This document shows, one piece after another, positions 44,791 to 58,467 of a stretch of DNA of 64,000 nucleotides. The DNA comes from Eledone cirrhosa. Its lineage: Eukaryota. The stretch is from the NCBI GenBank assembly GCA_964016885.1, contig OZ024749.1, forward strand, positions 48,360,001 to 48,424,000, in the 5' to 3' direction. The notes below the pieces were generated by a model. That model ran no database searches. It had not been told where the DNA came from and saw only the letters and a program-made list of their open reading frames with translations. Made by a program: the position numbers and the translations under genes. The stretch's first letter is position 1, and every line of letters starts with the position of its first letter.

Positions 44791-44880
44791 GAGGTCCGAT
44801 GAGCTTTTGATTCCAGAGTCGGGCCAGATCGATACAGATCAAATCTTGAGCTGATCAGTAGCGAAACGCGCGTCACCATC
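44791..44880 (+). ncRNA. Type-I hammerhead motif with extended stem II (family 5; U4C in this copy)
   Basis: GGT-CCGATGA-GCTTTTGAT...ATCAGTAGC-GAAA-CGCGCG-TC|ACC: palindromic ACGCGCGT stem III and GUC triplet, with AATAAA at 44881. Confidence 0.7.
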
Positions 44881-44913
44881 AATAAACATAATGAATGAGT
44901 AACCATACGTCGT

Positions 44914-45097
44914 TGTTGGCAGTACCGGTAGAGAGTCGGACGCCATGCTTTGACGAATTGAGTTACGGCCCGTGCAATTCTGAGTTCAAATCCCGCCGAG
45001 GTTAACTTTGCATTTCATCCTTACGGGGTCGATAAAATAAAGTACCAGTAATACACTGGGGGTAATAGCTGGCCGTGTTCCAAAAGTAGAAACATTT
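44914..45097 (+). mobile_element. SINE copy
   Basis: TGGCAGTACCGG A box, GAGTTCAAATCC B box, and the conserved core. Confidence 0.9.
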
Positions 45098-45110
45098 ATT
45101 ATATATATTG

Positions 45111-45243
45111 TCCAGAAATAGTCGTCGAAACGGTTCGAGCTCTGTCGCCGGATTTAAACATTTTCCTGTTACCCACGCTACTACTCTACGTATTGAGTAC
45201 TCTGGTGCGTTATGGTCCATGTAGTTCCTTACCACACCTCCTT

Positions 45244-45247
<4 letters not shown>
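45111..45247 (+). mobile_element. Family 1, copy 3 (single arm + tail)
   Basis: Starts at TCCAGAAATAG.CGTCGAAACGG. The tail is homologous to 3609-3686 and ends in (TA)n. Confidence 0.75.
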
Positions 45248-45298
<51 letters not shown>

Positions 45299-45619
45299 TA
45301 TATACATGTGTGTGTGTGTTTGTGTGTGTGTATATGTCATTGTTTGTGTATATTTGTGTTTCTAGAATACACATTCACATAAGGTCTACAAAATATAGGA
45401 CAATATAAATACCTAACTATATTGCTTCACAAGTTGTCAATTTTAGTTTTATATATCATTGTATTGGTCACGCTCACTTAAATTTAAAATAATATAGCCG
45501 AAATATAATTTGTCAATATTTATATGGAAAATATAAGTTTCTATATTGTTTACTTGGCTTAAATGATATTTTTAATTGTATAAGTAGAGTGTCAAATATA
45601 TTGTAAGATGGTGATATGA

Positions 45620-45760
45620 TATCATCAGCATCATATATCATCATCATCATCATCATCCTTCTCCTCCTCCACCTCATCATCATCATCATCATTATCGTCG
45701 TCGTCGTCGTCATATTCACCATCATCATCACCACCACCGCCACCATCATTATCCTCACCA
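45620..45760. repeat. (CAT)n-type low-complexity tract
   Basis: Directly visible. Confidence 0.85.
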
Positions 45761-46159
45761 GTATTATGATCATCTTACATAATTATCCTTATCATTCTAG
45801 TCATCATTATCTTCATGATCACGCTCTTTATCATCATAATATTTCTTGAGTGTCAAGAAGAAAAAGTGCAAAGGTGATATCGCAGATGATGTGTTATTCG
45901 TTGTGGAGTGCGAAGTGTTATATTGTAGTCGTTGTGGAGCATTAAGTGTCCTATTCTTCACCATTATATAAATGTAGGTCCAAGGGAATTAGTAGAAATA
46001 ATGTTACGTATACTCTAGGGAATTTCATATTTAGCTACGTCAAATTGACAGTCAATCGTTTGATTTGTATTCATGTATATTTATAATTAGATCAAATATA
46101 ACTAAAACAAAGCACACATCCCGAGAGCAGTTTGAAGATAGGCAAATACCTCCCCCCCC

Positions 46160-46195
<36 letters not shown>

Positions 46196-48751
46196 CAAGA
46201 AATAAATATGTGGATAACATCGTTTTTCATAAGTGCATAGAATATGTAAAATATTCTATAGGAAAGGTAGGATCAAACTGTACTTGACATACATGGATGT
46301 AAAATTAAGAAGGGCGATGACTTGATTGGCAAGTAGTTTAAGATCAATCATCTTACGTAGAATCATGTTAGTATTAGATTAAATATTTTTGTTTTACTAT
46401 AAAACTATCATTTTTAACGATGACTATACTAAGATTTAGTAGAAATATGTCACGAATACTCAATGAAACTGATATTGAGGAAACATTAATGAAATCTCCT
46501 ATGTACCATCATACGTCTATACGCTTTACTACCTAAGTGATATGCCCAATGACATTGAGCGATCCCCTTTTCCGCTAGAACGAGAACCTGGAACATCTAA
46601 TGAAAAGTATGTTGCTTAATTTATTTATCGTTCCGTATTATTTATCTTATCATGTCCTTGATTCAAATTTATGGGAAGTCATCAAATAACATAAAAGAGA
46701 ACGTTAACAAAATATGTTTCAAAATATTTTCTTAAATATATTTTACTAAAACAAGAAAACAAAAGATTATTTATGTCTAAATGATAATTGGGTAACTTAA
46801 GTGACTTTCGCTTTACACTCAAATGGCCTTAAATTGTAAAAAGAAATATTGCCTTTCCTTAGTAGCAATACCACTTGAATGAATCAATATTTCTTGATTT
46901 GATTTTGAATTTCAAAGAAAGAAAAATAAGAATAAATTCTACCAAACGAAAATCAAACATATTTATGCTTTATAGCTATATTTTCCTTTCGATTCTTTTG
47001 AATATTTTCATTTATATTCATTCAACTAAGATATACCAAATTGAATATTTTTTGGTGATTTTAAAATAAAAGCGACTTTTATGTACATATATGTTTAAAA
47101 CAGGTTTTTAAAAAAATATGTTTGCAGTAGGCAAATGTGAATGTTATGTGACTGGTGAAGAGCATTCAGCCGAAAACATTACTTTTTATTGCAATATTAT
47201 AGGAAAAAATAATATTTCTAATGATATATTGCAAACAACATTTCAATGAGATTAAAATAATGCAAAATATTATTTTTCATTCCATGTTGTTGAAAGAATA
47301 AAAATAGATATATGATTGACCAGATTCATTCATAATATCCATTAATGTGGCATTTCTTTTCAATACAAACAGATTCTATCATAAAGTATATAACGTTCCT
47401 TTTCGATAAAACATTGCTGAGAATTGCAATTGAAATAAAAGTTTAAAGTAGTTTACCTACAAACATTATACAAATCTATGTAGGTAAGTGTGTAGCTATG
47501 TTTTGGGGTATGTTTGTATGGACAAATTCACCTGTGCGTAATGATATACATATATGTAAATTTATTTTCTTTATGTTTAATAGAAACCCCTTTAATATGT
47601 AGGTTTAGTTAGTAAAATACAAAAACATGACCACACATAGAATTCCACACACACATATACATACACATATAACTTCATACATCAATACAAACATACAGAA
47701 ATATTCATACATGGTACATGGCAACGATATTTTTTCACATATGTGAGTAAAAGTAATTTTATTGTTTTTCAATATTTTCTTTGAATATAATATATATAGA
47801 TATTTTATAACAAATACAGAGGTGATTATGATCTACTGACAAAACAGTAAATATTTGAATATTAATAGGAAGTTAGGTTGCAGATTCAATTGAGCGCAGC
47901 AGAATAAGTCTCGATTAATTTTGCTTCTCTTTCGTATATGTTTCAAGTTGTGTTACAAATGATTGTTAGCAGTGCTCAAAAAAATCCAAGTTATCTGAAT
48001 TCATACATTAAGGAATTGTTTGAATGTTTGTTTTACTCCAGTTGAAACAGGGATATATGTGAAAATACATATGACTTTCATAACAACATATTCAAACCAA
48101 CATTTATTTTGAAAGTTAGAAAATGCATTAATACAATTCTAATTTCATAAGCTCCTATCATCAATCAAATATATAAAATATTAATATGATTGCAAAATAA
48201 TATTATATTATATACGAATTTAATTAACGGATTAATTGCCCATTAAATGGAAATATTAATTAATAATAAACGTCAACATAATAATTTCAATATGAATCAT
48301 TATTTTAACTAATTACGGTATTCATTTCAGCAGGTTTATTAAATAATTACTCTTTTTCTTCTTACTAAATATAATCTAGTAAAATGCATATTTATTATTA
48401 TTGATTTATCTCGAAATATCGAAAAGCAAGGAAAATCCCCACCTAAATATTTGAAACTTAATTTCGACAGTAGATATTTAATATTAAAAAATTCAACATA
48501 TTCTTTCACCTCACTTCTCGTTGCATTATTTAATTCAATGCATAAAGGAAATATTAATAACAGAGATGGTATCTCGAGTGTAATAATCACACAAAAAGAG
48601 AAATCTGGATTTTTCAAAGGAAAATTATGATGCATTTACTAAATGTATTTCTGGAGCATGGAATCCCTCTGGCAAGGCTTTTAAATTTACATAACACAAT
48701 TAAGTCATGTTGATATTAATTCTATGAACCTATTATATACTTCTTAATATG

Positions 48752-48806
<55 letters not shown>

Positions 48807-48811
<5 letters not shown>

Positions 48812-48891
48812 AACAAGTATGACCCCGACGGCAGAGCTCAAGACGTTCCTGGACTCCAGAAATAGCCGTTCTTTACCACAATTCCTTTGTT
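48807..48891 (+). mobile_element. Family 1, copy 4 (internally deleted)
   Basis: Same left end (ATAGGAAC), centre CTGGACTCCAGAAATAGCCGT and right end TTCCTTTGTT as copy 1. (TA)n on both sides. Confidence 0.75.
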
Positions 48892-49516
48892 ATATATATA
48901 TATATATGTAATTGTGTGTGTGTGTGTGTGTGTGTATTGTATGTATGTGTGTTTTTTGGAAATATGCGCGTGTATTGTACTATGTGTGAGTATGTTTGTC
49001 TATGTGCCTGTGCGTGTGTCTGTATCATATAGTTTGCTCGATTATGTATTACACTGTATACCTAAAATATCTGAGCCATGAATTAAACTGTGTATTGCCA
49101 TGATTCTCATTGCGTTAGTAGCTACAATCTTCGAAATTAATTTATTCATTCATAAACAAGAGAAATATTTGTCAACTAAAGTAACGGATTATTTCTCTGA
49201 TTAGAATATACAATATTTTAATAAATTATTTTCGACATATGTTGAGGATGAGACTGGAATTACTTTCAACGTATGTTTAATACGAGATTCAGAGATCAGT
49301 GTTTGCTAAAATTCAATGCCAATGCGAATGGATTTACTACTTTAAATGTTTTCAATGGAATTTACTCAATTATCATTATTTTCAAAATCCGACTTTAGTG
49401 TAAGTTAACATTACATGTAGAATAATCTAAACATCATTAGCAACAGTTCATTTGCAGCATGCATACAACACACATACACACACACACACAAGCACACACA
49501 CACACACACACACAGT

Positions 49517-49582
<66 letters not shown>

Positions 49583-50932
49583 GTTTCGTTTTGGTAATTC
49601 AAAAAGTTCCTTATAACTGTATACAGTTATACAAACTCTCTTCAATGAGTACATAATAATTTATTTCTCTACCCAACTGCATAATTAATTAAGCTAGATA
49701 TGTTAAGTCATGTATTTTCCCATATCGCAAATACGTTAACTTATCATGCATAAAAGGGAATATGAACATAGTAATTAAATCAAACGTTTGGTCGTTTATT
49801 ATACTATCTTCCGACACACTCGTTATTGTAGCAGGTACGAAGTGATAAGCTGAAAATGGCCAGTGGAGAAAATGGCCAGTGATTGTTCCAACGTTGCTGC
49901 CCTGCATACGAAAGTGTGTAACGGTCAATGGGCGAAAGAAAGAATGGACTTTAGAAGTTGTTTAAGGATATCAACTCCAAGTGACCAAAGAATCAATGTG
50001 GAGAAACTTCTCAGATTTAATTATATCTATTAAGTACTTATGAAAATGAATTGTATAGGAGTCATGCTGAACACTGAATTTAAGAAAACATTGAACCTCC
50101 TACCTATAAATATTCATTAGCAAAATGCAACTCACAGGTCTTTCTTCATTTTTTTTTTACACGATTGACAGAATATGATGTAATATATTTCAACTTACCT
50201 AAAATAAACAGAAAAAATGGGAAAACAATAATTAGAAGTTATATATAATTATATAAAAATGAATGTATTCAAAATTATTACTAAGAAACAAAAAATAAAA
50301 TACAAAAATGTGAAGCTCAAATACATCCAAACACACACGTCAAAGAATATAAATATATATGTATATATATATATATATATATTTAAAAAAAATAGTGGTG
50401 CGAAACACGAGTTGTAATGTATTAGCAAAAAGGAAAAGAAAATGGTGACAAATTTTTCCCAGTGAAAAATTGTTTAATTAGGAATAAGAATATATTAGTA
50501 ATAAGTATTAGTTAGAATTCAGTTTTAGTTTTAAGTTTTTACCCGGTGCACATTTCTTATGCTTTTCAAAAATAATTTTGAGATAGTGTGCCCATGATTT
50601 TTGGAAAACACGAGGAAGTTTTGGTGCGTACAATCTGCCTATGCATAGAGTGTTTCACTGAACAACCTACACTATATATATATATAATTGGTTTTGGATG
50701 CTTAACGCGTCCGTATGCCGTACGCCATTTGAACACTCGATTCGAAAATCTGCTTCGTAGAATCAAGACGTATCTGAGGACCTTGCGATTTTCAGAGTCA
50801 ATTTCGATCTTTACATCGATCGTGCCTCGAGCTGGTAGCCAGAGAAACGATGTAATATGTCCAATAATTTACATTCATCGCAACACTGATTCTCTTTTTT
50901 TCTGTGATATATATAAATCTATATATATATAT

Positions 50933-50977
50933 GTGTCTGTGTGTGTGTGTGTGTATATGTGTGTGTGTTTGTGTGGA

Positions 50978-51028
<51 letters not shown>

Positions 51029-51078
51029 GCGTGTGTGTGTGTGTGTATGTGTGTGTGTGTGTGTGTGCGCATGCGTGT
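50933..51078. repeat. (TG)n microsatellite
   Basis: Directly visible. Confidence 0.95.
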
Positions 51079-52016
51079 GATCTGTATTAGCATTAGTCAC
51101 ACGATATTTCAAATTCTATTCTTTTCAGTACTGCAATATTCCGTTACCACCTTAGACAATCGACCATAGAAAAGATATACCAGACAAGATTTCTGACCTA
51201 TTTTATCTCCAAGGATATATATGCATATATAGTTAAATCCATCTCTTTATCAACCTATCCACGCTCTCTCTCACTCGATATATCTCACTTTCTCTGTCTC
51301 TCTATATATTATATATATAGCGATAGAAACCCTGAGAGAAGTAGTGAAATGTGAGTAATATATAAATATACACGCAGAAGTCTTGCAGTCGCTCGTGTGC
51401 GTGTGGTGTTTTCTAGGAATAACAAAATTGACGGAACAAAACAATGTATAATTGCTATGAGATAATGAAACACTTTCACCGCCGAGGGTGAGTAATGTTA
51501 AATTATACGTTTAGGTGATTTAAAGCATCTGTGTATGTCTGTTTGATGAAGTCTCTTTAAATAATGTGTATGTGTGTCGGTATGGTTGTATGCCGGCATG
51601 CGTACTTATGTGTGCTTGTATGTATGCGTGTAGTTTTGAACGTGTGTATGTATATGTTTTAAATCACGCAGCTTCTATTTATCAACCACACATTCCCCTC
51701 GTTTGACAGTGAAAAGAAAATTGCCCAAAACAGGCTCCTGCATTACGCATTCCATATGCGCGGTGGTAATCAAAGTAGAAGTTAACATTTGTATTTTTTT
51801 TTTCATTTATAGTAATTGTCGTATGAATTGAAATGCGAAAGAAATGTTCCCGTGACGTGAATGTTGTATGAGTAGTGATATAAAAACAAAACACTACATA
51901 AGGAGAACGATTATTATATATACAGTACGTCTGAGGAATTAACCTGTGGCAATTAGTTTGTTTGGTGTTCGAATTCCCAGGGTGGTAATCTACATTTATT
52001 ATTACTTAGTTACATA

Positions 52017-52208
52017 GGCGGTGGATTGGCAGTATCGGTGGATGGTCGGACACCTTGATTTGCAGCATAGAGTTACGACCCTTTACGGTTTGAGTTCAAG
52101 TCTCTTTGAGGTTAACGTTACTTTTTATCCTTACATGGTCGATAAAATAACATACCAGTAATGCACTGGGATGATTGGTTACTTTGTCCCAAAACTAAAA
52201 ACAATTAT
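52017..52208 (+). mobile_element. SINE copy
   Basis: GGCGGTGGATTGGCAGTATCGG head, GAGTTCAAG B box, and core. Confidence 0.85.
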
Positions 52209-53289
52209 TACTTAGTTACATTCAAATGAATCTTATAAACCGAAGGAAATAATGTTATCATATTTAGACAGAGGGCCAGCACTTTTGATATGAGCGTGTA
52301 AATCGGTTATATCGAAGCCATGACATGACCCCAGAAGGACGAAAATCAGAGTTGACCTCAGAATGCATAGTACCGGAATGAATGCTGTAGAGCATAATAA
52401 AAAAAGGAATCCTTCTATTTTGGTAAATGATTTAAACCCTATATCATTATCAAGTCTGTTATAGTCATCCTTAAATATATCACGATGTCCTGGGCAATCC
52501 CATCTAAATGCGTGAAACACAAAGAGCCGCGTATATGATACGTCTCAAGATCCTGCCAGAAATGTTAGTACGTAAACTCAGAAGTCTCACTGTTAGAACA
52601 AATACGACACAACCTTCAGCATAGAAACTTCAGCAAACTTCGAGCTAAAAGCGCACAGAGGAATTTAATCTGACGGTTAATTGAATCAACTATTCAGCAG
52701 CTCAAAAGTGAGAAGTGTTTTGAATGTAGACTGTAGCGTATGTATTAGAAGAATAAGAAGCGCGGGAATTATACGGATCGCTATATACTCTATATATGGA
52801 TTTCAACACAACGATGTGGTATGATCAAATTAGGGAAGGTCCGTACAGCAGTAGTTAATGTATATATTACTACTTAGATAAACCTCATAACGCATGTTGA
52901 AACGCGTTCTAGGCGCGCACATGACATTATTATTTTCTATATACTTCTCCTTTTGTACTTACTCCCTTTTTAGAGGATTTTAAGTATTTAAAATGGAATT
53001 AAGTTGTTGCTGTAATTCCTTATCCTCGTATCGATTGCCCAATATATATTTTCGAAAATAAATATAAGGAAAATATAATGTTGAAATAACGGAAAGAAGG
53101 CGTCTCCGATTAATGTAAAATATTACAGTTACGATGTCGCCACCATTCACAATCATTACATAGAAAATGAATATAGAATCACGTTTGACGCTTATGTTGA
53201 AATGATTTTAGTTTTCATTAGTATTGACATGAAATACATCGTATCTTATGTGAAATGACAGGTGTTCAAAGCGAATTCATAAAAGTGTT

Positions 53290-53363
<74 letters not shown>

Positions 53364-53660
53364 TATTAATGTATGTACTGTGTATATATATACATATATA
53401 TATATGTATATATACTATACGTTGAGATGTCATTTCTAGGAATAAAAGAAAATAACACTTCATATATTGCGGTAGAAGGAAAACATTGGTAATGCTGACT
53501 TCGTGAAAACGTGTTGTTTGTTCGTGAACATATACTATATATAATGTTTTATACGTATTGATTTCTAAAAATATATAAATATACTACACACACACACACT
53601 CTCTCAATCGCACACACACACGCGCACACGCACAGATATGCATAAACATATACATACATA

Positions 53661-53696
<36 letters not shown>

Positions 53697-53716
53697 TTAA
53701 AAACAACGTACAGATG

Positions 53717-53783
<67 letters not shown>

Positions 53784-53879
53784 GTTGTTTTTAATCCATC
53801 AGGTCATTACATTATCTAAAAAAAAATTATCATATTTTTTAAAGTTACATTTCATGTGATTCAACATATGTCATTTCGC

Positions 53880-53913
<34 letters not shown>

Positions 53914-54609
53914 GTATGTATGTATACATATATATATAATACATTCCTATACATGTACTTAACTGGGTATATACTTACATATATGCTACGATATGTGTGC
54001 ACACTTACCTATATATGTATATACATTATTTTGTACATTCATATATTCATACATACAAATATACACACACATAACATATGCATACATATATACATAAATT
54101 GATGCATACATAAGATCCTACATGTATGAATTCAAGCTACATACATACGTGGCCTATTTCAACCGCAGACACACTCAGCCATACAAGCCTTCCATAAGAT
54201 TTATATGTATGTAGTACCCTATTTCCCTTTCTCTCTCTCTTTATATATATATAGCCTGTGAAATCGTCATAACTTATGTTTACCGAATTCGCAGACCAGA
54301 CCCCTTCTTCCTCCCGTTAGACCTATGCGAAATTCCTTCCTTGCTCACATTTCAACCAGGTTTGATGGTCTTTATTCTCTCGTTCACGATTTCACCGAAC
54401 TTAAATTCATAGAAATCTGGGACTTGTTTCCTCCTTCCTCACTTTCTGTTGCCTCACCATTTTGTTTGTTTACCCTCGCGTCCCCTTTATTTACGTCTCC
54501 CAACGACTTTTTTTAGCCGTTGCTCGCACCAACCGCAAGTATATGGTCTTTAAAGCGATGAAATACCTATGATAGTTGGAAGATCACTGATGAAGGACAA
54601 ACTTTTTTC

Positions 54610-54661
<52 letters not shown>

Positions 54662-54719
54662 GAGTACACAGAAGCAAAAAACAGAAAAAGACGCAGAGGC
54701 AGTACACATGTTATTGTTG

Positions 54720-55043
54720 TGGTTGGGCAGTGCCGGTAGAGAGTCGGAAAACAGGTTTGTAGCACAGAGTTACGCCCCTTTCTGATCTGAGTTCAAATCC
54801 TGCCGAGGTTAACTTTGTTTTTCATCCTTACAGGGTCGATTAAATAAAGTACCAGTAATGCACTGAGATAATTACTGTCCTTTTGCCAAAAGTAGAAACA
54901 ATTATTATTAGTTTCACGCATGAGAGTGGGAGGCGTATCCCGCCGAGGTTAACTTTGCCTTTCATCCTTACGGGGTCGATAAAATAAAGTACCAGTAATG
55001 TACTGCTTAATTGCTGGCCTCGTGCCTAAACTAAAAACAATTA
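54720..55043 (+). mobile_element. Two tandem SINE copies (second, from ~54938, lacks the head)
   Basis: The core occurs at about 54800-54860 and about 54940-55000. Confidence 0.88.
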
Positions 55044-55072
55044 TATATATATATGTATATATATATATATAC

Positions 55073-55134
55073 AGAGAGAGATAGAGGCAGAGAAAGAAGG
55101 AGAGAGATAAGAGAGGGAGAGAGAGAGAGAGAGC

Positions 55135-55224
<90 letters not shown>

Positions 55225-55234
55225 CAGAGAGAGA
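55073..55234. repeat. (GA)n microsatellite
   Basis: Directly visible. Confidence 0.96.
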
Positions 55235-55502
55235 GGTTCGTTGTTTTGATAAAATTTCAGCTGATACATAACTCTTTAGTCAACTGATAACGAAATAATA
55301 TTTTGTGTCTGCATTACATCTGAACAACATGCAGTAGACTTTATAGAATATAGTATATAAATGCAGTCGTGTGTTTAATGTAAGTGAAACAATTTTGGTT
55401 TAAACCTAGCAACTCACCATAGTATCTTCTGTTTTTTTGTTTCATTTTATCCATAATGCTTTCCTCTATTTATATAAACATATCTGTCTGGCATTATCCT
55501 TG

Positions 55503-55690
55503 GTTTGCAGTATCGGTATAGCGAGGATATAGAGTTACATCCCTTTACGTCCTGTTTTCGAATACCGCCTAGGTTAGCTTTGCCTTTCAGCCTTATGTGG
55601 TTGATAATATAATGTACCAGCCATACACTGGTGTCGATTAAATTGACTTACCCCTCCCTCAATTTACTGATATTTTGGCTAAATTGAAAC
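55503..55690 (+). mobile_element. Diverged SINE copy
   Basis: GCAGTATCGG head and AGGTTAGCTTTGCCTTTCAGCCTTA core. Confidence 0.75.
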
Positions 55691-55757
55691 TTTATCTAAC
55701 TATCTCCTCCTCAACGCACACACACACATACACACATATGCATATATATATATATAT

Positions 55758-56031
55758 GAAAAAGAACACAAGAGCGTCTACAACATCAAAAGAGTTTTAT
55801 TGGCTAAAAATGTTTCTTCCTTACGTGTAACCGTAGGATTCATCAGAGCTATAAAAGGGGTTTGATTGGTGTTATGGACTCTACCAACCAAACACCCAAG
55901 AACAAAGAGTAAAGAGAGTAAAGAGCAAAAGTAGGGGACGATAAGTCTAATTTTGGTGCGGGAGGGTGGGGTGTTGGTCCTTGTTTACTAGCTGCGGTCA
56001 TATTCATTCCCGGGGGTAGGGTGGTTAGCTG
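55758..56031 (-). mobile_element. Family 6 fragment with hammerhead motif (55803-55850)
   Basis: Minus strand: GCT-CTGATGA-A-TCCTACG-GTTACA-CGTA(A)GGA-A-GAAA-CATTTTT-AGC-C-AATAAA, then a short tail into (TA)n. Stem III is decayed. Confidence 0.6.
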
Positions 56032-56186
56032 ATATATATATATATTGTTATACTTTGGGAGGGTCATGTTGCCAATAAGAAACACACGCACCAGTTGCTT
56101 CACTTCAATTTATTATAATAAATTTATAAATTTATAAATTTCTGGTTGGTTGGTTGGTTCCACAACCAGATAGTTGTTTATATATT

Positions 56187-56229
56187 GTCATAGTTCTTTC
56201 GTCACACACTATGTGACCTCTTCAGTGAC
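56187..56229 (-). ncRNA. Minimal type-I hammerhead ribozyme motif
   Basis: Minus strand: GTCA-CTGAAGA-G-GTCACA-TAGTG-TGTGAC-GAAA-GAACT-A|TGAC. Confidence 0.82.
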
Positions 56230-56356
56230 TGGGGATTCCTTTCTTTGTTTTTGTGCCTCTCCTTTGTTCTGTCCTACGCTATTTTCTGGCGTAGGACAGA
56301 ACAAAGGAGAGGCACAAAAACAAAACAAAACAAACAAACAAAGAAAATAATCCCCA

Positions 56357-56399
56357 GTCACTGAAGAGGTCACAGAGTGTGTGACGAAAGAACTATGAC
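56357..56399 (+). ncRNA. Minimal type-I hammerhead ribozyme motif
   Basis: GTCA-CTGAAGA-G-GTCACA-GAGTG-TGTGAC-GAAA-GAACT-A|TGAC: canonical core, 4-bp stem I, 6-bp stem II, 2-bp stem III. Predicted cleavage after 56395 (CUA). Confidence 0.82.
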
Positions 56400-57262
56400 A
56401 GTATATAAACAACTATCTAGTTGTGGAACCAACCAACCAACCATAAATTTATAAATTTATACATTTATTATAATAAATTGAAGTGAAAGCAATTGGTGCG
56501 TGTGTTTCTTATTGGCAACATGACCCTCCCAAAGTATAACAATATCGGTTTCAACACACGATTTCAGATAAACAATCTTGCTAAACAAATTCAGAAACGA
56601 AATTTATATATATATATATATAGTGTGTGTGTGTGTTTGAATATATTAATATAATGTGTACGTACACATATAAGCATGTGTACGTGTGTTTGTGGGAATG
56701 TGTTTCTGCTTATGTATTTGTATATTGTGTGTTTATTTGTGGAATGTGAGTATACGGTTCAAAGTCCCCTTAATGAAGGGTATTCCATATGTTCATCTCT
56801 CTTTCTAAATTCACTTCTATGGACATTACTCCATATATATTGGTTTAATGTAACATGCATTAATATACTCAAATAAATTAGTGACGCCCCTAATGAGGAA
56901 GATACTGATAGCTAATCAGTAAAACCACAACCACAAGTTATCGTTAAACAACGGTGCCAGATTTAGCGTCTGTGTTTTACTTAATATATAATTTATTACT
57001 TTTTGCGGTATGAGAAATGGATTCTACCAGGTCTGACTACTATTAGAAATGTTCAATGAAGTGTTATCTTGCAGTGTTTTAGCTTCCACCCTTATTTCTA
57101 GTCGCCCAGAGAAAATCATTATAAAAAACAGTTAACCAGTGCATGTGTGTACAATTAGAGAAAACATTGATACATATATAACACATAAATATGAAATAAG
57201 TATTGTTCAATGACTCACATCTGCTCAATTCTATATATACACACCAGTAGGAACTTCCATGC

Positions 57263-57304
<42 letters not shown>

Positions 57305-58467
57305 TTGCTGGTGCATTTTTAGATCAAATATCTATTTTACAGGCTATATAACTAAAATAGAAATGATTACACATCATTCGTATGAGAAAGCTCTCATATA
57401 GCTGACGCGATTATAATTCTACTCGGTGTGTCATAGTATATATTTCCAGAACACAGAAATGATATTACACAGAAGAATGTACACTATTTAGATCAAATTA
57501 GTGTTTGTAACGTTGTCCACATCAAATCTAATGTCAATCTTTCGAAAATCTGAAATAACGATCTTAAAGAATCTCATAAAATATCACTATGTTAAGTTGT
57601 ATATTACATCATAATATTCACCACACACTCGTCCACAAGTTAAAGATGATTTCTCACCGTATTACATGGTTTGACGTGTTTCGTTTATTGTCGGATGGTT
57701 CAACATTTTGTCAGCACAGAATGATTGGGACTCAAGGTTATTATTAGCGCAGTTCTTGTGAATAAATACATGAACATGTTAGTCCTGTTCTGTCATACTA
57801 TTCAACAAACAAGCTTTATTTCGCTACAGTTCCATCTTAACATAGGATAGGATCTGTGATTCAGACAATGAATTGCGTCATATGAAAGGTCTTTCATTCT
57901 GATTCTGTTCAGTCATAGGTCACTCAAACATTAAGCATATAGGGTTAACTATACAATGGAAAATGAAGTCCTTGACTACCAAAAAATCTAATTGTTTACA
58001 GCTGACATGTGTGATCAATATAGTCGCTCAGTTTGGAAATGAATGTAAACAACAAAACATTAATTATTTTAACAAACGTCACAGACACCAAACTTGAATA
58101 GGAAAAATAAATCATCATCTGAGAGATTGAAAAAAATCATATATGAACATTACGATATTGGTGAGTTTCGAGCATGATTCATTAATTAAATCCCCAGGCG
58201 GGTCGTGTTTATCCGCAGAGGGAAAATTGATTGCCAATCGGAGACAATTTCTTGTAAGAAGGCGCACGTGCACACACACGGAGACACAGACACAGTCAAA
58301 CAAACATACACACCTATATTTATCTCACTCGCTCTCTCTCTATATATATACTTCACATAATCTATATTTGTCTTTTGATTTCATAGTTCATTCTGGTAGT
58401 ATTTATAAATACATTTCCTATCAGATGTCTCTTTTTGTCGGTGGTACTCTCTTCGTTATATTATTAA

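Larger units (their letters stand above)
56042..56604 (+). mobile_element. Fold-back element family 7
   Basis: Near-perfect arms 56042-56279/56289-56545 with a 9-nt loop, a tail to about 56604, and (TA)n on both sides. Confidence 0.85.
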
